The notes beneath the pieces are model-generated. The model made no database searches, was not told the DNA's origin, and saw only the letters and a program-made list of their open reading frames with translations. The translations under genes and the position numbers were made by a program. Below are positions 1 to 8,882 of a stretch of DNA of 64,000 nt, piece by piece. The first letter of the stretch is position 1; each line of letters opens with the position of its first letter. The DNA lies in contig OZ242008.1 in the NCBI GenBank assembly GCA_965204735.1, positions 2,752,001 through 2,816,000 on the forward strand, in the 5' to 3' direction. This stretch comes from Longimicrobiales bacterium. Its GTDB lineage: Bacteria; Gemmatimonadota; Gemmatimonadetes; Longimicrobiales; Gaopeijiaceae.

Positions 1-1
1 T

Positions 2-1507
2 CCTACGCGCGAGAAAGAGGCGCTGCTGGGCCAGGCTTGGCTGGTGCGGGAAGTGGCGCCGCCGGCGGCCGCGCTGCTGGTGGAAAGCCGTCGGGTCGTC
101 TCGGGCGCCCGCCGGACGGAGGTCCGCGGCGCGCGAACCTTGGAGCTGCATCCCCGCCGATCCTCGCTGGAAGACTCCGTCGTGGCTCACCTGCGCTTCG
201 CGTTGCGTCACGAGGCTCTGGACATGGGGGTGCTGTCAGGCGTCTTCAGCGTCCTGGACCCCGGAGTGATCGAGGGGTGGGTACGCAGGGAGCCCACGGG
301 CGCCCTCAGCCGGCGGGCTTGGTTTCTGTACGAGACCCTGACCGGCCGGGCGCTCGACTTGGAGAACGCCACCCGCGGCAACTACGCGGAAGCGCTGGAC
401 CCCCGCAAGCACGTCGTGGCCGGTCGTCGCAACTCCCGCCGTCACCGCGTGGCCGACAATCTGCTCGGGGGGTCGGGGATGTGCGTCACCGTCAGGCGGA
501 CGGACACCCTGCGGCGCGCCATGGCAAGCCGGCCGGACCTGCGCCTGCGCGAGCTTCTGGCCTCGTGTCGGACCGACGTGCTGGGGCGCGCCGTCAACTA
601 CTTGTACACCAAGGAGACCCGCACATCCTTCGCCATCGAAGGGGAAAGGCCAACTCCGCGACGGGCCGAGCGCTTCGTCGCCGCCCTCAAGGGCGCCCCC
701 GTCTTCGAGCCGACGGACGAGGGTGCGCTGGCGGCCCTCCAGAACGCGATCGTGGAGCCTCGCTACGCTGCCGCCGGATGGCGGGAAGTTCAGAGCTTCG
801 TCGGAGGAACCGGCTCGGGCTTCCGGGAGGAAGTCCACTTCGTGTGCCCCCGACCGGAAGACGTGCCGGACCTCATGGACGGGTGGGCGGCGCTCTACCG
901 GCGCGTGGCCCGGGGCGACGTGCCAGCGGTGGTGGCGGCGGCAGCGACGGCGTTCGCCTTCGTCTTCGTCCACCCCTTCGAGGACGGCAACGGGCGAATC
1001 CACCGCTTCCTGATTCATCATGTCCTGGCGCGTACGGGCTACGTTCCCCCCGACGTGGTGTTTCCCGTGTCCGCCGCGATCCTCCGAGACCGGGCCGGCT
1101 ACGACCGCGTGCTGGAGTCCTTCTCGCGGCCCCGGCTGGCTCTCGCCGAATGGCGGTGGGCGCCCGAGGGGTCGTTGGTCGTAGGGAACGAGACGGCGAA
1201 CCTCTACCGCTACTTCGACGCGACGCCGTTCGCCGAGTACCTGCACGAGCGCGTCGCCGAAGCCGTTGAACGCGACGTGAAGGACGAGATCGACTTCATC
1301 GTCGCCTTCGACCGCGCCTTCGACGCGGTTCGAGAAGTCGTGGACATGCCCGACCGCCGGGCGTCGCTGCTGCTTCGCCTCTGCATGCAGAACCAAGGGC
1401 GGCTGCCCCGGCGCAAGCGGCGACTCTTCCCCGAGCTGGCCGACGAAGAGGTCGCCGCCATGGAGGACGCCGTGCGCCAGGTCTTGACCGCCGAGGGCGA
1501 GCAGTAG
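2..1507 (+). CDS. Fic-domain protein (AMPylase-like), probably 5'-truncated by the window edge
   Basis: Canonical Fic motif HPFEDGNGRIHR. The frame is open from position 2 with no stop before the GTG at 44. Confidence 0.9.
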   Translation, partial: PTREKEALLGQAWLVREVAPPAAALLVESRRVVSGARRTEVRGARTLELHPRRSSLEDSVVAHLRFALRHEALDMGVLSGVFSVLDPGVIEGWVRREPTGALSRRAWFLYETLTGRALDLENATRGNYAEALDPRKHVVAGRRNSRRHRVADNLLGGSGMCVTVRRTDTLRRAMASRPDLRLRELLASCRTDVLGRAVNYLYTKETRTSFAIEGERPTPRRAERFVAALKGAPVFEPTDEGALAALQNAIVEPRYAAAGWREVQSFVGGTGSGFREEVHFVCPRPEDVPDLMDGWAALYRRVARGDVPAVVAAAATAFAFVFVHPFEDGNGRIHRFLIHHVLARTGYVPPDVVFPVSAAILRDRAGYDRVLESFSRPRLALAEWRWAPEGSLVVGNETANLYRYFDATPFAEYLHERVAEAVERDVKDEIDFIVAFDRAFDAVREVVDMPDRRASLLLRLCMQNQGRLPRRKRRLFPELADEEVAAMEDAVRQVLTAEGEQ

Positions 1508-1519
1508 GGGCGGCCCGCG

Positions 1520-3520
1520 TCAGCGCCGCCGACGCACCAAGCGGAAGCGGAAGCGCTTGTCGGGGCGGATCGTGGGGATCGTGGAGGTGGCGAGCTCGTA
1601 GCCGGGCGGGTCCATGGCGATCTCGGCCTCGTGGACGATCGTGGCGAAGTTGAGGATGATCTGGGCCTCGGCGAACCCGGCGCCCAGGCAGCGATGGGAC
1701 CCCAGCCCGAAGGGGACGAAGGCGTTGCGCTGACGGTGCTCGGCGCGTTCCGGCAAGTAGCGGTCGATGTCGAACGTGTACGGATCGGGGAAGAGCTCGG
1801 GGACGAAGTGCGACACCGTGGCCGCCACCAGCAGCACCTCGCCCGCGGGCACGCGGTGGCCCGCGAACTCGAAGCTGTTGGACACGTGGCGCGGTATGAC
1901 GGGCACGATGGGGTACCGGCGAAGCGTCTCCAGCGCGACACGGTGCGTCGTCTCCATCGCGCGCAGGCCCCGGGCCGTCGGCGGACCGGCGGCGAAGAGG
2001 GCGTCGGCCTCGGCCTGGACCCGCTCCATGACTTCTGGGTGCTTGAAGAGGGAGTACAGCATGTAGGCGCAGCTCACGCCCACCGTGTCCAGGCCGACCA
2101 GGTAGGGGGTCATCACGGCGAACTTCAGGTCGGTCTCGGGAAGGAGGACCGGGTCCGCCTCGTGCAGCTCGATCAGGTCGTTCACCATGTCGCCGGCGTC
2201 GGCCCAGCGTCCCCCGGGCCTGTGCTCCTCGACGACCTGGGCGACGGCTTCCTCGATGCGGCCGCGCACCTTCCTGAACTTGCGCGCGTAGAGGAACATG
2301 GGCCGCTGGCGCGCGATCTTCGTGGCCAGGAGCGTGTCGAAGAAGAAGAGGAAGTCGTCCATGTACTCGGCCGGGCTCGAGTGCGTCAGGATCGTGCCCA
2401 GCTGCCGGGATATGATGCGCTGCATGGCGTGGACCCCGCCCACGGAGCGGCCCGCCCAAGAGTCGATCTCGCTGCGGGCGATCTCCGCCGCGGCGCTCAT
2501 GTGCGCCTCGAAGCGGCCTCGGGAGTAGAGCGCCGCGTTGAAGCGACGCAGCCGGACGTGCTCGCCGCCGTCCATCGCCGTGAGCACCTTCGACAGTCCG
2601 AGCTCTTGGAAGAAGGCGCTCCAGGGCTCGAAGGAACGCAGGTAGCGCTTGCCCTGCTTGTGCACCCACGTGTTCGCCTCCTGGCCGGCAAGGACGTGCA
2701 CCTCGTGTCCCAGGAACCTCACCTTGAAGACGGGACCCAGCTCCAGGTGCTTCTTCACCAGGAAGTCCGTGAGGTTCTTCCTGGCTTCCAGCGCGCATCC
2801 CACGACGGGCAGGCCCTTGGCGAAGGGGATCGGCGCTGTCGCGCGGGCCTTGGGCGTCTTCGCCGCTTCGGCCACCAGCTGGCGGACGACCTGGGAGACG
2901 GTTCGGCCGATCAGGTCCAGGCGCCGCACCACATCCAGGCGGTCGGCCACCTCGGCGAGCTCGTCCTTGGCCAGCACGCCTTCGAAGAGGCCGCAGGCGT
3001 CGGCCAGCCCGATGATGGCGGCGTCGCGGGGGTCGGGCACGTCGTCGTCGAAGAGCACCTGCATGACCCGCAGGCGCACTTCCTGCTGGACCTCGCCTTC
3101 CCCGCCCGCCGGGTAGCGACGGGCGCGGCGAACGTGCTGGGAAAGGGCGATCAGCCCGTCCTCGCCGGACTCCAGGACGCCGGCCGCCACCAACCGCACC
3201 AGGGCGGAGTCGCGGATCGCCTCGCCGTCCTTTGCGACCTCGCGCAGCCAGTGCTCGGCGTTCCGGTCGCGGTCGCCGGGCTCGGCGGCGCTCTTGGCGA
3301 TGCGGGCCAGGATCGGGTCCAGCGTGTCGTCGCCCAGCGGCTCCGGGCTGACCAGGATCAGCTTCTCCAGGTCCGTGTCGATCCGGTCCTCGAACGCCAG
3401 GTCCATCAGCACCGCCCCGGCGAGAGCGTGGTGCAGGCGCACCTCCGGCACGGAGCCCAGGTCCCCGGAGTTCTCGTCGAGGATCAGCAGAAGGATCTCG
3501 TCGGCGAAGCGCAGCTTCAT
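1520..3520 (-). CDS. GPP34/GOLPH3-like N-terminal domain fused to cytochrome P450 (666 aa)
   Basis: The N-terminus MKLRFADEILLLILDE..LAGAVLMDLAFEDRI..LVAAGVL..RYP resembles bacterial GPP34-family proteins. The C-terminal P450 has I-helix VGLDT, K-helix ETLR and heme motif FGLGSHRCLG. The ATG at 3520 overlaps the upstream stop (ATGA), so it is preferred over the track start at 3709. Confidence 0.85.
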   Translation of the reverse strand: MKLRFADEILLLILDENSGDLGSVPEVRLHHALAGAVLMDLAFEDRIDTDLEKLILVSPEPLGDDTLDPILARIAKSAAEPGDRDRNAEHWLREVAKDGEAIRDSALVRLVAAGVLESGEDGLIALSQHVRRARRYPAGGEGEVQQEVRLRVMQVLFDDDVPDPRDAAIIGLADACGLFEGVLAKDELAEVADRLDVVRRLDLIGRTVSQVVRQLVAEAAKTPKARATAPIPFAKGLPVVGCALEARKNLTDFLVKKHLELGPVFKVRFLGHEVHVLAGQEANTWVHKQGKRYLRSFEPWSAFFQELGLSKVLTAMDGGEHVRLRRFNAALYSRGRFEAHMSAAAEIARSEIDSWAGRSVGGVHAMQRIISRQLGTILTHSSPAEYMDDFLFFFDTLLATKIARQRPMFLYARKFRKVRGRIEEAVAQVVEEHRPGGRWADAGDMVNDLIELHEADPVLLPETDLKFAVMTPYLVGLDTVGVSCAYMLYSLFKHPEVMERVQAEADALFAAGPPTARGLRAMETTHRVALETLRRYPIVPVIPRHVSNSFEFAGHRVPAGEVLLVAATVSHFVPELFPDPYTFDIDRYLPERAEHRQRNAFVPFGLGSHRCLGAGFAEAQIILNFATIVHEAEIAMDPPGYELATSTIPTIRPDKRFRFRLVRRRR

Positions 3521-4062
3521 TCGGCGGCCTCGCCGGTCGGGGCGTGGTTTGCCGGGGCGTCGTTTTCCGGGGCGTCGCCTGCTGGGACATCGCGCGCTGG
3601 GGCGTCGCTTCCCGGGGCGTCGCCTGCTGGGGCGTCGCTTGCTGGGCCTAGGTCGCTCGCTCGGGCGCGCACGTGCTCGCCGGCGACCGCCACCACGCGA
3701 GCCGCGCATTCAAGGGCGCCGGCCGCCTGCGCGGCGGAGAACGCTTCGGCGGGCGTGCCTTCCGGGAGGCCGTTCGGATAACGGGTCGGCACGTAGTAGA
3801 GGTCCAGGGTGCGGGCGTCCTCCGTCGCTGCTCGGAGGGCCGGGACCGGCGGATCAAGTCGATCTATCAAGCTTCGCACGCTGGACCCGAGCACCATCCG
3901 CGCGCCGGCGGCGTAGTGGACCGCCTTCACGGCCTTCTCCGCCGCTTGCTGGGCCGCAAAGCAGGCGTGCGCGCTGTAGCCTCCCCTTGCCGAGTAGCGC
4001 GCGAACTCCAGCTCGTCTTCGGCCGAGGCCAGCCAGCGCCGGGCTTCCTCCGCGCTGGTCAC
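3517..4062 (-). CDS. HEPN domain protein (COG2250-like) with low-complexity xxDAP tail
   Basis: EARRWLASAEDELEFA, ACFAAQQAAEKAVKA and LDLYYVPTRYP are typical HEPN motifs. GTG start at 4062. Confidence 0.85.
   Translation of the reverse strand: MTSAEEARRWLASAEDELEFARYSARGGYSAHACFAAQQAAEKAVKAVHYAAGARMVLGSSVRSLIDRLDPPVPALRAATEDARTLDLYYVPTRYPNGLPEGTPAEAFSAAQAAGALECAARVVAVAGEHVRARASDLGPASDAPAGDAPGSDAPARDVPAGDAPENDAPANHAPTGEAAE
3538..3642. repeat. Imperfect 15-bp tandem repeat encoding ASDAP-AGDAP-GSDAP-ARDVP-AGDAP-ENDAP-ANHAP
   Basis: Recurring GGGGCGTCG core at 15-bp spacing. Confidence 0.8.
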
Positions 4063-4138
4063 CGCGAAGCGTCGCTGCGGAGCGAGCAGGGGGCGGGCGC
4101 CCGGAGCACCTCGACGGACCCGGCGACGTCCGGCCACG

Positions 4139-4753
4139 TCACGGTCCGGCGCCGCGCCGCGCGGCCTGGTCGACTCCTCGCACTTCCAGCACGTCGGCCA
4201 CGCCCCGCAAGCCGTCGATCACGTTCTGGACGTGCACCGCCCGGTCCAGCGCCATGTACTCGATCCCCCGCTGCACGGCGTCCCGGTGCACTCCGGCGGC
4301 GAACGACTTGTCCTTGAGCTTCTTGACCACGGACCGGGGCTTCAGGTCGTCGATGCCGTTGGGGCGGACCAGGCAGCAGGCGTAGACCAGGCCGCTGAGC
4401 TCGTCGCAGCCGTAGAGGACCTTGTCCAGGGGAGTCTCGGGCGCCGCGTCGGAGCGGTCCGGGTAGGCGTGGGCCAGGACGGCGTGGACCACTTCGTCCG
4501 GATAGCCCAGCTCGCGCAGGCGCTGGACGCCGACGTGGGGGTGCTCGTCGGGGTGCTTCTCCCAGTCCAGGTCGTGAAGGAGGCCCGCCAGTCCCCAGAG
4601 CTCCGCGTCCTCGCCCATCAGCCCAGCGTAGTGGCGGACCGCGGCTTCCACGGCATACATGTGCTTTCGGAGCGCCTCGCTCTCGACCCACTCCTCCAGG
4701 AGCGCGACGGCGTCGGAACGGGTCGGCGTCGGCGTTGACGGCGATGTTGGCAT
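4139..4753 (-). CDS. HD/HDIG-family metal-dependent phosphohydrolase
   Basis: LRKHMYAVE, GLLHDLD, AVLAH and CDELSG motifs, plus KKLKDKSFAAGV. Confidence 0.88.
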   Translation of the reverse strand: MPTSPSTPTPTRSDAVALLEEWVESEALRKHMYAVEAAVRHYAGLMGEDAELWGLAGLLHDLDWEKHPDEHPHVGVQRLRELGYPDEVVHAVLAHAYPDRSDAAPETPLDKVLYGCDELSGLVYACCLVRPNGIDDLKPRSVVKKLKDKSFAAGVHRDAVQRGIEYMALDRAVHVQNVIDGLRGVADVLEVRGVDQAARRGAGP

Positions 4754-4843
4754 CGGCGGTGGCTTCGGGGTGGCGATGGCGTCGGCGTCCGCTACCAGGG
4801 CGGCGGCGACGCTCGGGAAGAACCGGCTTCGTCCGTCAGCCCA

Positions 4844-5494
4844 TCAGACGGCGCTCGACCGGCAGAGGTGGGAGACCGCGCACTCGTTGCAGCGGGGCCG
4901 GCGAGCCCGGCAGACCTTGCGGCCGTGGTAGATGAGCAGGTGGGCGAGCATCGTCCACCTCTCGCGGGCAAAGAGTCCCATCAGGTCCTGCTCGATCTTG
5001 TTCGGGTTCGTCTCGGCGGTGAACCCCAGGCGACCCGAGAGTCGCTTGACGTGGGTGTCCACGACCACGCCCTCGTCGATGCCGAAGGCGTTGCCCAGGA
5101 TCACGTTGGCCGTCTTGCGCCCGATGCCGGGGAGTGCGGCCAGCTCCTTCATGGTGCGGGGAAGCTCGCCGCCGTGTTCCTCCTCCAGCGCCGTCGCCAT
5201 GCTCACCAGGCTCCGCGCCTTGTTGCGGAAGAAGCCGGTGGAGCGGATCACCTCTTCCAGCTCCTCCTGCTTCGCGCGCGCCAGCGACGGCGGGTCGGGG
5301 TACCGTCGGAAGAGCTCGGGCGTCACCATGTTCACGCGGGCGTCGGTGCACTGGGCCGAGAGGATCGTGGCCACCGCGAGCTCGAACGGCGAGCGGTGGT
5401 GGAGGGCGCACTTGGCGTCCGGGTACTCTTCGGCCAAGAAGTCGTACACCCGGGCGGCGCGTTCCTTGCGGGCCTTCTTGGATTCTCTGGGCAT
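4844..5494 (-). CDS. nth: Endonuclease III
   Basis: ILSAQCTD, HhH motif LPGIGRKTANV, VDTHV and the 4Fe-4S motif CRARRPRCNECAVSHLC. Start chosen at the ATG at 5494. Confidence 0.96.
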   Translation of the reverse strand: MPRESKKARKERAARVYDFLAEEYPDAKCALHHRSPFELAVATILSAQCTDARVNMVTPELFRRYPDPPSLARAKQEELEEVIRSTGFFRNKARSLVSMATALEEEHGGELPRTMKELAALPGIGRKTANVILGNAFGIDEGVVVDTHVKRLSGRLGFTAETNPNKIEQDLMGLFARERWTMLAHLLIYHGRKVCRARRPRCNECAVSHLCRSSAV

Positions 5495-5602
5495 GAGCGC
5501 AATCTGCGGTTGCCCACGAGTGCCGGCAAGGCGTCGGACGCCGTAGATGTCGAGCCCCGACAGGCGTTGAAGCCGGGCAACCCCCGGCACCCGGGACGGG
5601 CG

Positions 5603-6682
5603 TCAGAGGACGACGTAGGGCAGGTTCGAGGGGACTGGCGACGACGGCAGCGGAGACGAAGGGACGGCGGGAGGCGAAGCCGAGGGCGAACGCGGCGACG
5701 GAGCGGCAGCAGACGACGGGGCGGCAGACGACGACGGGGCAGCAGGAGGCGACGGAGACGACGGAGCGGCAGCAGACGACGGAGCAGCAGCAGGAGGCGA
5801 CGGAGCGGCAGCAGCAGACGACGGAGCAGGAGGCGACCGAACCGGCTTCCGGGGACGCCGCGTAGATCGCTCCAACGCCAGGGCGACGAGCTTGAGGAGT
5901 TCGGCGGGGGTGCGGATGCCGACGAGGCCGTCCAGCTGCGCGCCGGGCAGGTTGGTGGAGAACTCGCCGCCGCCCTCTCTGGCGGGCGCCGTCGTCCAGG
6001 ACGAAAGGGAGTTCAGGGGCTGCGGAGGCGCAGGGATCACGCCATAGCCGGGGCGGCCTTGCCGCATTCCGGCAACCGCTGCCGAGTGGAAGGCGTACTC
6101 CGGGGCGGCGGCCCAGAAGAAGCCGTCCACCGATTCCGGGCGCTCGGCCTCGGCTTCGTCAGCCCACACCATGTGCTGCGGCAGCTGCACGTAGCCCGCG
6201 CGGCCCCGGAGCGCCCGTTCCCAGCCGGAGTTCGACGCGCCGGCCGCGGACGGGCTCTCGAGCTTGGCGCGCGCACGGGGGGCAGGTCGCCCCTGCTCGT
6301 CGGCGCCGGCGCCCGCCAGCAGACTCCGCAGGGTGCGTTGGGTGATCAGGGTCACGCCGGGGGGGCCGTGCGGGCGCGCCGTCCGCCACAGGTGATAGGC
6401 GAAGAACAGGACCTCGCCATGGACGTGCGGGCCCTGGAGCGCCGACGCGTCCGGGGCGGCTTCTTCAGGCGCGACGGCGGCCGGGCCGTCGTCGTCCGGG
6501 CGCAACTCCGCCAGGATGCCCTGGACCGGGCCCGACACCGTGAAGGCCGCGGGGTTGTGCAGGTCCGTGCCCCGCGCTCCGGCTTCGGCTTCGATCGCGG
6601 GAAAGCGCTCGTCCGCGAAGTCGGGGCTGGGCAGAAGCAGCTCGTAGGGCGTCAGCCGGGCGTAGGCGTCGTGGACCGCCAT
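5603..6682 (-). CDS. Hypothetical protein with Pro/Ser/Ala-rich repetitive C-terminal tail
   Basis: Protein-like composition, co-oriented and closely spaced between the transporter and nth. No recognisable motif. Confidence 0.7.
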   Translation of the reverse strand: MAVHDAYARLTPYELLLPSPDFADERFPAIEAEAGARGTDLHNPAAFTVSGPVQGILAELRPDDDGPAAVAPEEAAPDASALQGPHVHGEVLFFAYHLWRTARPHGPPGVTLITQRTLRSLLAGAGADEQGRPAPRARAKLESPSAAGASNSGWERALRGRAGYVQLPQHMVWADEAEAERPESVDGFFWAAAPEYAFHSAAVAGMRQGRPGYGVIPAPPQPLNSLSSWTTAPAREGGGEFSTNLPGAQLDGLVGIRTPAELLKLVALALERSTRRPRKPVRSPPAPSSAAAAPSPPAAAPSSAAAPSSPSPPAAPSSSAAPSSAAAPSPRSPSASPPAVPSSPLPSSPVPSNLPYVVL

Positions 6683-6698
6683 CTTGGGAACGCGACGG

Positions 6699-8156
6699 TC
6701 ACCCGTCTTCGACCGCTTGGGCGCGCCGCGCCAGCCAGCGGTTGGCGACCAGCAGCACGGCGATCACCACGGCGAACTGGATCGCCACCGTGCCCACGTT
6801 GTAGCGCGAGATCAGCGTCCACGTCTCGGCGAAGCCCTTGCCCCGGGACGCTTCCCACAGCCACCAGCCCAGCAGCACCACGGCCTCCACGACCACAAGG
6901 CGCATCGCCCACTCCCACAAGCGCCCCACCCGCACGTCCGAGTCCGGGGTGTCGACGAACGACCGGCGCCACTTGGTCACGCCGTACTTGAGCACCGCGA
7001 AGGCGAAGAAGAGCCCCGTCAGCATGAGGCCCACGCCCCATACCCAGTCCTGGTTCTGGAAGAAGCCGATCCGAAGCGCCGACGGTATGCCCAGCAGGAA
7101 GCCCGTCGTCCCGACCGCCGCGATGGCGCGCTTGCGGGCGAGCCCCAGGTCCATCAGCACGCGCACGGCCAGCTCGATCATCGCCACCAAGCTGGACCAC
7201 GCCGCGAAGACCAGCGCCAGGAAGAAGAGTCCCATGAAGAACTGGCCCCCCGGAATCTGCGCGAAGAGCTGGGGCGCCCAGATGAAGGTCAGCCCCTCGT
7301 TGCCCGCGCCCACGATCTCGTCCGCCGCTTCCGGCATGACCGAGAAGATCGTGCAGAGCACCATGATCCCCGCCAGAAGCGACATCGAGTTGTTCCCGAA
7401 GCCGATCACGAAGGCGTTGAGCGAGGTGTCCTCCCTGGAGCGCATGTAGACGGCGTAGGAGAGGACCAGGCCCCAGCCCGCGCCCGTGTCCCAGGCGTTC
7501 TGGGTCAGCGCCTCCACCCATATCTTGGCGTCGGCGAGGGCGGAGAAGTCGGGAGTGAAGAGGAACGCGAGGCCGGCGTCGGCGCCGGGCAGCGTCACGG
7601 CCTTGATCGCCAGCACGATCACGAGGACCACGAGCGACGGGATCAGGACCTTGGCCGCCTTCTCGATCCCCCGGACGCCCTTGGACACGACGAAGAGGCC
7701 CATGGCCATGGCCAGGCCGTGGAAGAACACTGCCTGCGGCGTCGAGTTGAAGGCGTCCCAGAACTGGGTGGGCGCTTCGGAGGGCGACGGGATCTCGCCC
7801 GCGACCGTGGCGATGAAGAAGCGGATCGTCCAGCCCATGACGACCGTGTAGTAGAACAGGATCGCGGTGGCCACCCACGCCACCCACGCGCCCATCCAGG
7901 CGAACTTGGGCCCGATCGTCTTGACGAACGACCCGATCGTGCCCCGCCGCGTCGCCTTCGCCATCCCGAACTCCAGGACGAGCAACGGGACTGACCACAG
8001 GAGCAGGAAGACGGCCCACGCGACCAGGAACTCGCCCCCGCCGTTGGACGCCGCGATCCTCGGGAACCGCCAGATGTTTCCGGTGCCGATCGCCATGCCC
8101 AGCATGGCCACCAGCATCCCCCAGCGGGAAGAGAAGACTTGGGATCGGGTGGACAC
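6699..8156 (-). CDS. Sodium-dependent transporter, NSS/SNF (LeuT-like) family
   Basis: FSSRWG..AIGTGNIWRFP, GGGEFL, GIEKAAKVL and GNEGLTFI motifs, with many hydrophobic TM segments. Confidence 0.93.
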   Translation of the reverse strand: MSTRSQVFSSRWGMLVAMLGMAIGTGNIWRFPRIAASNGGGEFLVAWAVFLLLWSVPLLVLEFGMAKATRRGTIGSFVKTIGPKFAWMGAWVAWVATAILFYYTVVMGWTIRFFIATVAGEIPSPSEAPTQFWDAFNSTPQAVFFHGLAMAMGLFVVSKGVRGIEKAAKVLIPSLVVLVIVLAIKAVTLPGADAGLAFLFTPDFSALADAKIWVEALTQNAWDTGAGWGLVLSYAVYMRSREDTSLNAFVIGFGNNSMSLLAGIMVLCTIFSVMPEAADEIVGAGNEGLTFIWAPQLFAQIPGGQFFMGLFFLALVFAAWSSLVAMIELAVRVLMDLGLARKRAIAAVGTTGFLLGIPSALRIGFFQNQDWVWGVGLMLTGLFFAFAVLKYGVTKWRRSFVDTPDSDVRVGRLWEWAMRLVVVEAVVLLGWWLWEASRGKGFAETWTLISRYNVGTVAIQFAVVIAVLLVANRWLARRAQAVEDG

Positions 8157-8393
8157 GGGGCGGAGCTCCTTGGAAGGGCGAGGGTGGGGTCCGGATGCGG
8201 ACGAGAGTCGGAATCCGGATGCGGACTGGGTGGGGTCCGGACGTGGGCAAGGATGGAATCTGGACGCGGACGAGGGCGCACGGGGAGGCGGGCGGAAGGC
8301 CGGAGTCGCGAGCCCGTGTCTGCGGAAGCCGGTCGACCGCCGGACAGCCTACTGCGGCCGGGCGATTTCCGCCAGTTCAGTCGCGGTGTGGTA

Positions 8394-8837
8394 TCATGGT
8401 ATCATCATGCGGTACGGTATCTTCGAGGGGGCGTCCTCGCACCGGGCGCCGGGAAAGTCGTTGATGTCTTGCGCCAGCTTCCGGTCCTTGGAGAGTGCGA
8501 GCTTGCGGTCGCTCAGCATGACGACCTTGATGAGGTCGTGATCGGCGCGGTTGGAACGCAGTTGTCGTCGGACATGCTCCCGCAACGGAAATGCTTGAAG
8601 CTCCTTCTTGGAGAACCGCCTGAGTCGGTCGTCCCGCTGCAGTCTGTTCACTATGGCGACAAGCGTTGTCGGCACCGACGATCCCCTGACCGCGTCGTGG
8701 TATTCCCGGATCAAAGACGGGCACACGACCAAGCATCCTTCGTCATGCAGCCATTCGATAAGCGTCTTGTAGTCCGTCCTTACTGGCTTTGCGAAATGAC
8801 CGCTCACGTTGGAGTCTACAAACAAGTCCGGCTTCAC
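8394..8837 (-). CDS. Small protein, probable PIN-domain ribonuclease
   Basis: PIN-like spacing of acidic residues: LFVDSNV, LIREY, ADHDLI, ALSKDRKL. Lies directly downstream of the ATPase. Confidence 0.55.
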   Translation of the reverse strand: MKPDLFVDSNVSGHFAKPVRTDYKTLIEWLHDEGCLVVCPSLIREYHDAVRGSSVPTTLVAIVNRLQRDDRLRRFSKKELQAFPLREHVRRQLRSNRADHDLIKVVMLSDRKLALSKDRKLAQDINDFPGARCEDAPSKIPYRMMIP

Positions 8838-8882
8838 TGTGCTGCTTCCGTTTGGGAGTTATTGGGAGCCCGTGATCGGGAG

